From IMG/VR virus record IMGVR_UViG_3300037785_000059, positions 1 to 60,957 of that record: a DNA stretch of 60,957 bases. One strand, 5' to 3'. Below, piece by piece: positions 15,917-25,406 of the stretch (the first letter of the stretch is position 1; each line of letters begins with the position of its first letter). Both the position numbers and the translations under genes were made by a program. The DNA is from a virus. Taxonomy: Duplodnaviria > Caudoviricetes. The notes below the pieces were generated by a model. The model searched no databases. It was not told the DNA's origin and worked only from the letters and a program-made list of their open reading frames with translations.

Positions 15917-18379
15917 ATGGCGCGAGCCCCGGTCATTCCGTCAGTTTCTTTCGTGGAGCGGGAGAACGACAGCCCTGAGATGGAGCAGGCGGCGGTTGAT
16001 CTGACCGTCGAGTCTCTGGGCCGTACGATGGATGCGCGTCGTCCGTTTCTTGAGGGCGTGGACATCGAGATGGAGGATGACGGCGGCGCTGTCATCGACT
16101 TTGACCCCGAGGACGATTTCGGCCCTGACGACGGGGCGTTTGACCGGAATTTGGCCGAAGAGATGGATCTCGGCGAGCTGGGGGCCGTGGCGAACGATCT
16201 CTTGGCGCAGTACGAAAGTGCTAAGGAAAGTCGCGGGGACTGGGAAGAAGAATACAGCAAGGGCTTGGAGCTTTTGGGCTTCAAGTACGAGGAGCGGACC
16301 AATCCGTTCCGCGGCGCGACGGGCGTGACGCACCCGCTTTTGGCGGAAGCGGCGACACAGTTTCAGGCGCAAGCATTCAATGAGCTCCTGCCTCCGGGCG
16401 GTCCGGTCCGAACGCATGTTCTGGGCGAGATCACGAAGGAGAAAGAGGCGCAGGCCAAGCGCGTCAAGGAGTTCATGAACTACTACGTGACGAACGTGGC
16501 GGAGGAATACACGCCTGAGTTCGATCAGATGCTGTTTTACCTGCCTTTGGCGGGATCGACGTTCAAGAAAGTCTACTATGACGCGAATTTGGAACGGGTT
16601 GTGTCCAAATTCGTGCCTGCGGAGAATCTGGTCGTTCCGTATGACGCGGCCGATCTGGAGACGGCTCCGTTTGTGGCGCAGGTTCTGCGGATGCCGGCGA
16701 ACGACGTGCGGAAGCTGCAGGTTGCGGGCTTCTACAGCGATGTCCCGGTGCATCCTAGTCAGGAGAAGCAGAGCGATATTTCGGAGGTGACGGACGAGAT
16801 CGAGGGGTCAAGCCCGTCGATGATCGACTACGACGTCACTTTGCTGGAATTCCACGTTGATCTGGACCTTCCGGGCTACGAGGACCGCGACGAGGACGGC
16901 GAGGAAACGGGCATTATGCTGCCCTATGTCGTCACGGTGTGCGAGGACACGGGCTCGGTTCTGTCGATCCGTCGGAATTACAAGGAGGCGGACGCAAAGC
17001 GCCGCAAGATCCAGTATTTTGTGCATTACAAGTTCCTGCCGGGCTTCGGTTTCTACGGGTTGGGGCTGATCCACACGATTGGTGGACTTTCGCGGACGGC
17101 AACGGCGGCTTTGCGGCAGTTGATCGACGCGGGCACGCTGTCGAACCTCCCGGCGGGTTTCAAGGCGCGCGGATTGCGCATCCGGGACAACGACGATCCT
17201 CTGCAGCCCGGCGAGTTCCGGGACGTGGACAGCCCCGGCGGCGCGATCCGCGACAGCCTGATGCCGCTCCCGTTCAAGGGCCCGGACGCCACGCTGTTCA
17301 ACCTTTTGGGCTTTGTGGTCCAAGCGGGCCAGCGGTTTGCGACGATCACCGACATGAAGGTCGGGGACGGCAACCAGCAGGCGGCGGTCGGCACGACGGT
17401 GGCGATGCTGGAGCAGGGCGCGCGGGTGATGAGCGCGGTCCACAAGCGCTTGCACTACGCGATGAAGCAGGAGTTCAAGCTCCTGGCGCGGGCGATGGCG
17501 GAATCGTTGCCGCCGCAGTACCCGTATACGGTCGCGGGCGCGGACCAGACGGTGTTTGCGCAAGATTTTGACGACCGGGTGGATGTGATCCCTGTCTCGA
17601 ACCCCAACATCTTCTCGCAGTCGCAGCGGATCATGCTGGCGCAGACGCAGATGCAGTTGGCGATGCAGGCCCCCGAGCTGCACGACATCTACGAGGCGTA
17701 TCGTCGGATGTACGAGGCGCTTGGCGTCCGGGACATCGACAAGATTTTGAAGCCGAAGGAAGAGGCCGAGGCGCAGCCGAAGGATCCGGCGACCGAGAAC
17801 ATCGACGCGCTGAACCAGTTGGAGCTGCAGGCGTTTGAGGGGCAGAACCACGACGCCCACATGATGTCTCACCTTGTTTTTGGCGCGTCGGGCCTTGTCG
17901 GGCAGATGCCGATGGTCGGCATGGCGCTGCAAAAGCACCTGATGGACCATGTTCGCCTCAAAGCGACCGAGATCGTCATGGCGCAGGTCGCTCAGATGGG
18001 CGCGGGCCAGCAGCTTCCGCCCGAGATGCAGGTGCAGGTCGAGGCGGCGATTGCGAACCAGATCGCGCAGGAGCTGCAGAATCTGCGGCAGTTGAACGAC
18101 CAGATCACCGGCCAAGCGCAGCAGCAGGGCCCTGATCCGTTGGTCGCGCTCAAAGAGCAGGAGCTTCAGCTTCGTGCGCAGAAGGATCAGGCGCAGATCG
18201 CGCAGGATCAGGCGGAGCTGCAGTTGGACGCGCAGAAGGCGCAGCAGCGGGCACGCGAGTTCCAAGAACGGTTGGAGCAGAACCGTGAGCTGACGATGAC
18301 GAAACTTGACGCAACGGCCGAGCGCGAGCGTGCGCGGATCGCGGCCCAGATGGCGATGGCCCAGCAAAGGAGGCAGTGA
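15917..18379 (+). CDS. Portal protein
   Basis: HPLLAEAATQFQAQA, YLPLAGSTFKKVYYD, FLPGFGFYGLGLIH motifs; Gln-rich C-terminal coil; position after terL. Confidence 0.9.
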   Translation: MARAPVIPSVSFVERENDSPEMEQAAVDLTVESLGRTMDARRPFLEGVDIEMEDDGGAVIDFDPEDDFGPDDGAFDRNLAEEMDLGELGAVANDLLAQYESAKESRGDWEEEYSKGLELLGFKYEERTNPFRGATGVTHPLLAEAATQFQAQAFNELLPPGGPVRTHVLGEITKEKEAQAKRVKEFMNYYVTNVAEEYTPEFDQMLFYLPLAGSTFKKVYYDANLERVVSKFVPAENLVVPYDAADLETAPFVAQVLRMPANDVRKLQVAGFYSDVPVHPSQEKQSDISEVTDEIEGSSPSMIDYDVTLLEFHVDLDLPGYEDRDEDGEETGIMLPYVVTVCEDTGSVLSIRRNYKEADAKRRKIQYFVHYKFLPGFGFYGLGLIHTIGGLSRTATAALRQLIDAGTLSNLPAGFKARGLRIRDNDDPLQPGEFRDVDSPGGAIRDSLMPLPFKGPDATLFNLLGFVVQAGQRFATITDMKVGDGNQQAAVGTTVAMLEQGARVMSAVHKRLHYAMKQEFKLLARAMAESLPPQYPYTVAGADQTVFAQDFDDRVDVIPVSNPNIFSQSQRIMLAQTQMQLAMQAPELHDIYEAYRRMYEALGVRDIDKILKPKEEAEAQPKDPATENIDALNQLELQAFEGQNHDAHMMSHLVFGASGLVGQMPMVGMALQKHLMDHVRLKATEIVMAQVAQMGAGQQLPPEMQVQVEAAIANQIAQELQNLRQLNDQITGQAQQQGPDPLVALKEQELQLRAQKDQAQIAQDQAELQLDAQKAQQRAREFQERLEQNRELTMTKLDATAERERARIAAQMAMAQQRRQ

Positions 18380-18585
18380 TGCAAGGACGTGTGAAGTGCG
18401 GGGGGTCTAAGCCCTCTGACGCGCCGAAGCCGGCGAAGGCGGCGGTGATTGACGGGCAGGGCCGCATCCCGTTTGCGAAAGAGAAGACGATGGCGACGCC
18501 GAACACGGCGAAGGGCATGACGTCCACCGGAAAGAGCCGTGGCATGGGCGCAGCGCTGCGCGGCGGCCGCTACACATACGACTAA
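18379..18585 (+). CDS. Small basic virion-associated protein
   Basis: RGMGAALRGG C-terminal motif typical of this phage group. Confidence 0.65.
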   Translation: MQGRVKCGGSKPSDAPKPAKAAVIDGQGRIPFAKEKTMATPNTAKGMTSTGKSRGMGAALRGGRYTYD

Positions 18586-18618
18586 GGCCCTCGGCCGTGC
18601 TCTGGGGAGTCTGTTTCG

Positions 18619-18888
18619 ATGGATGCGGCACTGATTTGGAGCGCAGGGCTTACCTTTGTCCTGGGCTTTCTCGGTTGGGTTTTGCGCGGCTATGTCGATG
18701 ACCTGAAGAGGATCACGATCTTGCTAAACCGAACGAGAGAAGAGATTGCGCGGGACTATGTGACCAAATCGGATGCGCGCGAGGACATGAAGCAGATCTT
18801 GGACCGGCTGCAGGCTATGGACGAGAAGCTAGATCGTGCGTTGGATCGCCGGGAGCGCCGTGACGACCGGAGGATGGGCGATGCGTAA
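18619..18888 (+). CDS. Single-TM protein, holin/hemolysin-like candidate
   Basis: N-terminal TM, ILLNRTREEIARDYVTK; directly upstream of endolysin. Confidence 0.6.
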   Translation: MDAALIWSAGLTFVLGFLGWVLRGYVDDLKRITILLNRTREEIARDYVTKSDAREDMKQILDRLQAMDEKLDRALDRRERRDDRRMGDA

Positions 18889-19498
18889 GTATTCTGAGCG
18901 CAGTTTGAGAAGTCTTAGGGGCATTCACCCTGATTTGAGACGGGTTATTGACCGCGCGCTGCAGGAAAGCCCGCTTGATTTTGTGGTGATTGAAGGGTTG
19001 CGAACGAAGGAGCGGCAAAGACAGCTCGTAGCGTCTGGGGCCTCTCGAACCATGAACAGCCGTCATCTGACGGGGCACGCGGTGGATTTGCTCCCGATTG
19101 GACCGAACGGCCCGTCGTTTGATTGGCCGTTGTATGATCGGCTTGGCCCGGCGGTTAAGGAGGCGGCGGAAAAAGAGGGCGTGCCTTTGACGTGGGGCGG
19201 GGATTGGTCGAGTTTTCGAGACGGCCCGCATTTTGAGCTGGATCGCGCCGCGTACCCGGAAACAGCGTGGACGACGGGCGATGCTCCGCCTGTGCCCCGA
19301 ACCTCGGCGGCGCAGTCGAATACGGTTCGCGCGTCGGCGGCGCAGCTTGGCACGGCGGCCGCGGGCGGCGTGACGGCGATTGCGGCGTTAGATGGGCAGG
19401 CGCAGGTCATCACGATTGCGCTGTTCGGCGTGATTGCGCTTGCGGCGCTTTGGATCATGCGCGAGCGTTTGAGGAAGTGGGCGAACGGCGACAGGTGA
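18881..19498 (+). CDS. Endolysin, M15 (L-Ala-D-Glu-type) peptidase with C-terminal TM segments
   Basis: EGLRT..RQ, SRHLTGHAVD, WGGDW, DGPHFEL. Confidence 0.9.
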   Translation: MRKYSERSLRSLRGIHPDLRRVIDRALQESPLDFVVIEGLRTKERQRQLVASGASRTMNSRHLTGHAVDLLPIGPNGPSFDWPLYDRLGPAVKEAAEKEGVPLTWGGDWSSFRDGPHFELDRAAYPETAWTTGDAPPVPRTSAAQSNTVRASAAQLGTAAAGGVTAIAALDGQAQVITIALFGVIALAALWIMRERLRKWANGDR

Positions 19499-19501
19499 AG
19501 C

Positions 19502-19723
19502 ATGTTCCGCATAAAGGTCTACCTCGCGGCCGCTGGCGCATTTTTGGCCGCGCTCTTAGGGGTTTACTTGCGCGGAAGACGCGACGAGGCCGCAGCCGAC
19601 GCGGAAAGGGAGCTCAATGAGTATGTTGAAGCGCGCCGTCGGATGGATGCCGTGGACATCGACGACCCTGACGCTGCTCGTCAGTTCCTGCGTGATCGGC
19701 AGCAGTCCCGCGGCGATCTGTGA
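19502..19723 (+). CDS. i-spanin-like protein
   Basis: N-terminal TM followed by helical domain, after endolysin. Confidence 0.6.
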   Translation: MFRIKVYLAAAGAFLAALLGVYLRGRRDEAAADAERELNEYVEARRRMDAVDIDDPDAARQFLRDRQQSRGDL

Positions 19724-19844
19724 CGGCACGGTTCGGCTGCGCGACCGCCATGCGGACGCGCTTCTGGCGGACGGGGGCGACCAGTCTGTCCAGAGTGGCG
19801 CGGCTTTGATCGGAACGCTCGACGCGTACTGCCACGACGTATAG
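19617..19844 (+). CDS. o-spanin-like lipoprotein (overlapping)
   Basis: LLVSSC lipobox-like, overlaps i-spanin in another frame; start uncertain. Confidence 0.55.
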   Translation: MSMLKRAVGWMPWTSTTLTLLVSSCVIGSSPAAICDGTVRLRDRHADALLADGGDQSVQSGAALIGTLDAYCHDV

Positions 19845-19903
19845 CCGTCAACCTTAGTTTATGGGCTGGCACCCCGTGTATGGGACATGCTACATATTGT
19901 GGC

Positions 19904-20101
19904 ATGGATGGACTTGACACAGCACAATTTGTGCAGCGCGCGATCAAGGAGCGGCGTTCCTTGGTCTTGGATTTGTTGGAAAACAACGGAATCCGGTCGA
20001 TGGAGCACTATCAGCTTTGCATGGGCGAGCTGAATGCGCTGACGTTTGTGGCTGAGGAGCTGTCAGGTTTTCTCGAACAGCAGGAGACTAGGGATGACTG
20101 A
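19904..20101 (+). CDS. Conserved small phage protein
   Basis: MEHYQLCMGELNAL motif; precedes GroES-like gene. Confidence 0.65.
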   Translation: MDGLDTAQFVQRAIKERRSLVLDLLENNGIRSMEHYQLCMGELNALTFVAEELSGFLEQQETRDD

Positions 20102-20546
20102 GTCATCGAGCGCGGTGGACTTGTCGTCCATCGACGTAAAGGGCGCTGTCGAAAGCATGTACGTCCCCAAAGAGGACCGTGTTTTGGACCCGTCGAAGGC
20201 GGATGCGAGCCTTTTGGAGCGGATGCCGTCGCCGACGGGGTGGCGGATGCTGATTTTGCCGTATCGCGGCAAGGGCAAGACGGCCGGCGGGGTCTATTTG
20301 CCTGAAAAGGTCGTGGACGATGGGCAGCTCACCACGGTGGTGGGCTACGTGATGAAGCAGGGCCCGCTCTGTTACAAGGATGAGGCCAAATTCCCGGACG
20401 GCCCGTGGTGCAAGACGGGGGATTGGGTGATCTTTGCCCGATATGCGGGGTCTCGCTTCAAGATCGAAGGCGGCGAGGTCCGAATCCTGAACGACGACGA
20501 GATTCTTGCGGTCATTTCCGACCCCGAGGACATTTTGAGCCTGTAA
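20094..20546 (+). CDS. groES: GroES-like co-chaperonin
   Basis: PTGWRMLI, KTAGGVYL, GDWVIFARYAG, RILNDDEILA. Confidence 0.85.
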   Translation: MTESSSAVDLSSIDVKGAVESMYVPKEDRVLDPSKADASLLERMPSPTGWRMLILPYRGKGKTAGGVYLPEKVVDDGQLTTVVGYVMKQGPLCYKDEAKFPDGPWCKTGDWVIFARYAGSRFKIEGGEVRILNDDEILAVISDPEDILSL

Positions 20547-20556
20547 GGAGCAGAAA

Positions 20557-21507
20557 ATGGCCGAAGAGCAGAAGGCATACGAACCGGACAGCGGCGAGCT
20601 TGATCTGGACATGGGCGAGCACGAGGCCGCCGAGGTTGAGGTCGATCAGCCGGGCGGCGAGTCCGAGGAGCAGGAGGCGTCGGGCGACGACCGCGACGAC
20701 GACCGCTCTGAGCACGAAGATGTTGCGAGCTCTGCACAGAAGCGCATCAACCGCCTGACCAAGAAGATGCGCGACGCCGAGCGTCAGCGCGAAGAGGCGA
20801 TCCGCTACGCCCAGCAGGTTCACAGCGAGGCCGAGCAGCTCAAGCAGCGCATGAAGCAGCTCGATTCGGGGTATCTGCAGGAGTACGGCTCTCGTCTTGA
20901 GATCGAGACCAAGACGGCCGAGGCGGCGCTCAAGCGCGCGGTGGAAACGGGCGATTCTGACGCGGTGATCGAGTCGCAGCGTCGCCTGAACGAGCTGTAT
21001 TCGGCCGCGCAGAAGTACCGCGACGCGAAGCGGATGCAGGCCACGCGCGAGCAGCAGTACGCCCAGCAGCAGGAATACGCCCAACAGCAACAGCAGCCGC
21101 AGGCGTATGCGCAACCGCAGCAGGAGGTCCGCCGTCCGGACAAGAAGGCGGAGGACTGGGCCGAGCGCAATACGTGGTTCGGCCAAGACGAAGCCATGAC
21201 CTTTGCGGCATTTGGGATCCACAAAAAGCTCGTTGAAGACGAGGGATTTGACCCGCAAAGCGATGAGTATTACACTGAGCTGGATCGACGGATTCAGCGC
21301 CGGTTTGGAAACACCATGCAAGACGCTGATGAAACCGCACAAAATTCGGGTACTGGCCGCCGCCCCGCTCAGACGGTAGCCGGTGTTTCCCGCTCCTCCG
21401 GGAAAACATCTGGGCGCAAAAAGGTTCGACTCACCCCGACCCAGGTTGCTATCGCCAAAAAGCTGGGTGTGCCGCTTGAAGAATATGCGAAATACGTGAA
21501 GGACTGA
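20557..21507 (+). CDS. Capsid scaffolding protein
   Basis: Acidic N-terminus, QKRINRLT coiled coil, C-terminal LTPTQVAIAKKLGVPLEEYAK. Confidence 0.75.
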   Translation: MAEEQKAYEPDSGELDLDMGEHEAAEVEVDQPGGESEEQEASGDDRDDDRSEHEDVASSAQKRINRLTKKMRDAERQREEAIRYAQQVHSEAEQLKQRMKQLDSGYLQEYGSRLEIETKTAEAALKRAVETGDSDAVIESQRRLNELYSAAQKYRDAKRMQATREQQYAQQQEYAQQQQQPQAYAQPQQEVRRPDKKAEDWAERNTWFGQDEAMTFAAFGIHKKLVEDEGFDPQSDEYYTELDRRIQRRFGNTMQDADETAQNSGTGRRPAQTVAGVSRSSGKTSGRKKVRLTPTQVAIAKKLGVPLEEYAKYVKD

Positions 21508-21511
21508 AACA

Positions 21512-22000
21512 ATGACTGCAGAAACCAAAACCGGGCGTTATGCGGACATTGATCGTGCTCCGCGTGCAAACAAAACTCGGGAGAAAACGGCGGCTCGCCG
21601 TCCGTGGGCTCCCCCGTCCATGCTGGACGCCCCGCCCGCGCCGGAAGGCTACAAGCATCGCTGGATTCGTGCCGAGGTTCGTGGTTTTGATGACCGCAAG
21701 AACATCTCTGCCCGGCTTCGTGAGGGTTACGACTTGGTTCGCGCCGACGAGTTCCCTGACTTTGAGGCCCCGGTGATCGACTCGGGAAAATATGAGGGCG
21801 TGTTTGGTGTTGGCGGACTGGTTCTCGCCAGGATCCCGCTGGAAACCGTCGAAGAGCGCGCTGCGTACTTCGCGGACCGCAACCGCGATCAGATGACCGC
21901 GGTGGACCAAGACATGCTGCGCGAGAACGCACACTCGACCATGACGATCTCCAACCCGGATCGTCAATCTCGTGTAACCTTTGGCGGCCCACGTCGATAA
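21512..22000 (+). CDS. Conserved head-module protein
   Basis: WAPPSMLDAPPAPEGYKHRWIR motif; synteny before capsid genes. Confidence 0.75.
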   Translation: MTAETKTGRYADIDRAPRANKTREKTAARRPWAPPSMLDAPPAPEGYKHRWIRAEVRGFDDRKNISARLREGYDLVRADEFPDFEAPVIDSGKYEGVFGVGGLVLARIPLETVEERAAYFADRNRDQMTAVDQDMLRENAHSTMTISNPDRQSRVTFGGPRR

Positions 22001-22028
22001 CGCGTGGCCCCCTTGACGGAGAAAAGTT

Positions 22029-22679
22029 ATGGCAAACGCCGAAACTGCCTTTGGCCTTCGTCCCGTCGGGCTTGCTGGCGCTGGTGTGAATAGCACTGGT
22101 GTCACCGAGTATGAAATCGCGTCGAACAACACCAACGCGATCTACCAGTACGGTCTCGTCACCCCCACCTCGGGCGGTGTCATCGACTATGCTGGCGCGA
22201 CCAACGGCGGCACCACGTCCGCTCTTGGCGTCCTGATGGGCATTCAATACCACGACAGCGTCCAGAAGAAGCCCGTGTGGCTCAGCTACTGGCCGGGCTC
22301 GGGAAGCGTGTCGGTTGACACGAACTACCCGGTCAAAGCCTACGTGGCCGACAACCCCGACCAACTGTTCGTCGTTGCCGCTGACGCGACGCTCACCGAC
22401 CGCGCCACCGCGCTGGCCTCGGTGTTTGCAAACGCTTCGCTCGGCACCTCGGCGCGCACTGGCTCGACCGCCACCGGCCGCTCGAACTCGCAACTGAATG
22501 TTGCGTCGATTGCCACCACCGCAACCCTTCCGCTGCGTATCGTTGGTCTTGTCGATGACGAGGCAAACAGTGACTACGGCTCGGCAGGCGCGCATCTGCT
22601 GGTTCGCATCAACGCTCATTTCAACGCAGCAACCCGTCGTTTCGATTCGCAGACCACTGCGGATTCGACCGGCGTGTAA
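22029..22679 (+). CDS. Capsid decoration / minor head protein
   Basis: MAN..FGLRPV start, DNPDQLF, LPLRIVG; immediately before MCP. Confidence 0.7.
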   Translation: MANAETAFGLRPVGLAGAGVNSTGVTEYEIASNNTNAIYQYGLVTPTSGGVIDYAGATNGGTTSALGVLMGIQYHDSVQKKPVWLSYWPGSGSVSVDTNYPVKAYVADNPDQLFVVAADATLTDRATALASVFANASLGTSARTGSTATGRSNSQLNVASIATTATLPLRIVGLVDDEANSDYGSAGAHLLVRINAHFNAATRRFDSQTTADSTGV

Positions 22680-22692
22680 GGAGGGCTGACCA

Positions 22693-23598
22693 ATGGCTAT
22701 CTCTCGCGCACAGCTAGCGAAAGAGCTGGAACCAGGCCTTAACGCGCTGTTTGGCCTTGAATACGACCGCTACGAGAACGAGCACGCCGAGATCTTCGAT
22801 CAGGAGTCCTCGGATCGTGCGTTCGAAGAAGAGGTCATGCTCGGCGGCTTCGGCACCGCGCCGACCAAGACCGAAGGCGGCAACATCTCGTACGATGACG
22901 CGCAGGAAACCTACACTGCCCGTTACACGCACGAGACCATTGCTCTGGCGTTCTCGATCACCGAGGAGGCTGTGGAGGACAATCTCTACGACCGTCTCTC
23001 GGCTCGGTACACCCGTGCTCTGGCCCGCTCGATGTCGCAGACCAAGCAGATCAAGGCTGCTTCGATCCTGAACAACGCGTTCAACACCGGCGCGCCGATT
23101 GGCGACGGTGCGGCGCTGTGTTCGTCGGCGCACCCCACTCTGTCGGGCAGCCAGCGTAACCAGCTTTCGGTCGCTGCGGACCTGAACGAGACGTCGCTTG
23201 AGCAGATGCTCATCGACATCGCCGGGTTCACGGACGAGCGTGGTCTGAAGATTGCCGTTCGCGGCATGAAGCTGATCATCCCGAAGGAGCTTCAGTTTGT
23301 CGCCGAGCGCGTCATCAACTCGAACCTCCGTCCGGGCACGGCTGACAACGATCTGAACGCGATGAAGTCCATGGGTATGCTGCCCGATGGTGCGGTTGTG
23401 AACCACTTCCTCACCGACACGGACGCGTTCTTCATCAAGACCGACGCCCCGAACGGCTTCAAGCTGTTCCAGCGTACGCCGATCCGGACCGCCATGGAAG
23501 GCGACTTCGACACCGGCAACATGCGCTTCAAGGCCCGCGAGCGTTACAGCTTCGGCGTCTCGGACTGGCGCGCGGTCTTCGGTTCGCCGGGCGCGTAA
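22693..23598 (+). CDS. Major capsid protein (Mu gpT-like)
   Basis: MAISRAQLAKELEPGLNALFG...GDFDTGNMRFKARERYSFG..DWR...GSPGA. Confidence 0.9.
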   Translation: MAISRAQLAKELEPGLNALFGLEYDRYENEHAEIFDQESSDRAFEEEVMLGGFGTAPTKTEGGNISYDDAQETYTARYTHETIALAFSITEEAVEDNLYDRLSARYTRALARSMSQTKQIKAASILNNAFNTGAPIGDGAALCSSAHPTLSGSQRNQLSVAADLNETSLEQMLIDIAGFTDERGLKIAVRGMKLIIPKELQFVAERVINSNLRPGTADNDLNAMKSMGMLPDGAVVNHFLTDTDAFFIKTDAPNGFKLFQRTPIRTAMEGDFDTGNMRFKARERYSFGVSDWRAVFGSPGA

Positions 23599-23620
23599 CC
23601 TCCCTTCGCGCTTGGTGGAG

Positions 23621-23649
23621 AGGCCCGCTTCGGCGGGCCTTTCTTTTTT
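23621..23649 (+). terminator. Intrinsic terminator after MCP
   Basis: AGGCCCGC TTCG GCGGGCCT TTCTTTTTT. Confidence 0.9.
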
Positions 23650-23672
23650 GAAGGGCGTCCTGTATCTTTTGG

Positions 23673-23749
23673 GTCAGGCAACACATCCAGCCCCGCAGAC
23701 AGGCCGCCTGCCTGACGATGCACAGACTGCGCGGCCAACCCTTGTGCAT
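23673..23749 (+). ncRNA. Structured RNA, candidate Mu-gpT-DE-like motif
   Basis: Stems 23673-80/23709-16 and 23718-24/23743-49; loop-loop complement CGCAG/CTGCG; downstream of a gpT-like MCP. Confidence 0.55.
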
Positions 23750-23760
23750 GAGGTTTTTCC

Positions 23761-23997
23761 ATGGCTCAGACCACTTTCTCCGGCCCGGTTGTTTCGACCA
23801 ACGGCTTCACGGGCGACGTCACCGGCGCGATCCAGGTTCCGACGTACACGGTTGCGACGGCTCCGTCGGCGTCTGCTGCGGGCGCGGGCACCGTGATCTA
23901 TGTGTCGGACGGCGCGGCCGGCAGCGCAATTCTGGCGTTTTCGGACGGCACCAACTGGAAGCGTTCGGACACCGGCGCGACCATCGCGGCGGCTTGA
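23761..23997 (+). CDS. Small virion protein
   Basis: MAQTTFSGPV start; IYVSDGAAG..LAFSDGTNW. Confidence 0.75.
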   Translation: MAQTTFSGPVVSTNGFTGDVTGAIQVPTYTVATAPSASAAGAGTVIYVSDGAAGSAILAFSDGTNWKRSDTGATIAAA

Positions 23998-24005
23998 GGC
24001 GTTCC

Positions 24006-24113
24006 ATGCCGATCAAGTGGGAACCTGCGAGCAAGGAAGAGCTTGAGGCGCGGTCCGCGCCCAAGCCTTCGAAGCCTACGAAGAAAGCGTCTGCGAAGAA
24101 GGGGGCGTCCTGA
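24006..24113 (+). CDS. 35-aa Lys-rich peptide
   Basis: MPIKWEPASKEE...KKASAKKGAS; TGATG coupled to next gene. Confidence 0.45.
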   Translation: MPIKWEPASKEELEARSAPKPSKPTKKASAKKGAS

Positions 24114-24388
24114 TGGCAAACTCAGATGTGAAGGCCAAGCGCCTAGCCTCTACGGGAGCCGCGTCGGTGGGCCGGGCGCGTTTGCGCCAAGTGCATGTCC
24201 TGACGAGCGCCGGCGCGGGCCGGCTTACTTTGACGGACGGCGACGGCGGCCCGACGGTGCTCGATGTAGATTTCATCGCATCGGATTCGAACTCGGTGAA
24301 CATCCCCGACGAGGGGCTTTTGTTCACGTCGGACATTCACTGCAGCGCGGCGACGAACATTTCGGCGTTTACGATCTTCTACGCGTGA
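24113..24388 (+). CDS. Small virion protein
   Basis: IPDEGLLF motif, beta-rich. Confidence 0.7.
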   Translation: MANSDVKAKRLASTGAASVGRARLRQVHVLTSAGAGRLTLTDGDGGPTVLDVDFIASDSNSVNIPDEGLLFTSDIHCSAATNISAFTIFYA

Positions 24389-24397
24389 GGTTGGGCC

Positions 24398-24682
24398 ATG
24401 GCGACGACCAAGGACGTCAAGCGGAGCCCGTCTGGGCGTCTTTCCTATCGGGGGGAGACGTTTTCGGGCTACAACAAGCCCAAGCGCACGCCGGGGAAGT
24501 CCAAGAAAAGCGCTGTTTTGGCCAAAAAGGGCAATGAGGTGAAGCTGGTCCGGTTCGGCGACCCGAACATGTCGATCAAAAAGGACCAGCCGGGACGTCG
24601 GAAAAACTTTCGGTCCCGTCATAATTGCGATTCGGCAAAGGACAAGTTCAGCGCGCGGTATTGGTCCTGCAAAGCGTGGTGA
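24398..24682 (+). CDS. Basic conserved phage protein
   Basis: KLVRFGDPNM...RKNFRSRHNC...ARYWSCKAW. Confidence 0.75.
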   Translation: MATTKDVKRSPSGRLSYRGETFSGYNKPKRTPGKSKKSAVLAKKGNEVKLVRFGDPNMSIKKDQPGRRKNFRSRHNCDSAKDKFSARYWSCKAW

Positions 24683-24685
24683 GCC

Positions 24686-25318
24686 ATGTCCGTCCTCCCC
24701 TTCTACGCCCCTGACGAGAAAGACATCGTAGAGGAGATCCGCGCGTGGTCCGCCCATGCGCTGGAGCGGCCCAACCCGTATTTCAACGACCTCCCGGCCT
24801 GCCCGTATGCGAAGCGCGCGTGGCACGAGGGCCGTGTTGCGATCATCTTCAAATATGGCGGCAATCAGTGCCTGTTCAGCGTTTTGTGCGAGTTCAATGA
24901 CGCGCTGGATTTGGTCATGCTGGTGGATCGGAACGAGCGGCGGCCGGCCGAAGAGTTCCACGACTATCTGGACGCGTTGAACGAGGCGATTTCAAACGGG
25001 GTGTTTGGCGACCGCGATCTGTGGGTCATGGGCTTTCACCCGGACGATGACGCGAATGATTTTGTGGACGATGGGACGTTTGAGCCGCACGTGAACACGC
25101 CCTATGCGTTGATCTTTGTGCAGCGGTTGACGAAGGTTCAGGAGGCCGCAGACAAGCTCAAGCAAATGGGCTATTATGACGCCTATCTGGCGGAGTACGA
25201 CGCGTCAGAGCGGTTTGGCGAGCGGGAAGCTCTGTATAGGAGACTGAAACATGGCGATGAGCCCTCGGAAGAAGATGGCTATGGGCAAAGAGGGGTCCAA
25301 GTCGAAGCCCGCGGTTAA
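24686..25318 (+). CDS. DUF1415-like protein
   Basis: LPACPYAKRAW, MGFHPDD, FVQRL motifs. Confidence 0.65.
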   Translation: MSVLPFYAPDEKDIVEEIRAWSAHALERPNPYFNDLPACPYAKRAWHEGRVAIIFKYGGNQCLFSVLCEFNDALDLVMLVDRNERRPAEEFHDYLDALNEAISNGVFGDRDLWVMGFHPDDDANDFVDDGTFEPHVNTPYALIFVQRLTKVQEAADKLKQMGYYDAYLAEYDASERFGEREALYRRLKHGDEPSEEDGYGQRGVQVEARG

Positions 25319-25406
25319 GCTGCGTGCGGGCGGCATGGTGAAGAAGATGCGCTCGGGCGGCATGGTGAAGAAGATGCGCTGCGGCGGATCGGCGAAGAAG
25401 TCGTAA
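25251..25406 (+). CDS. 51-aa basic peptide with (KK)MRxGG repeats
   Basis: MAMSPRKK...LRAGGMVKKMRSGGMVKKMRCGGSAKKS; AGGAG RBS; 27-bp tandem repeat. Confidence 0.65.
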   Translation: MAMSPRKKMAMGKEGSKSKPAVKLRAGGMVKKMRSGGMVKKMRCGGSAKKS

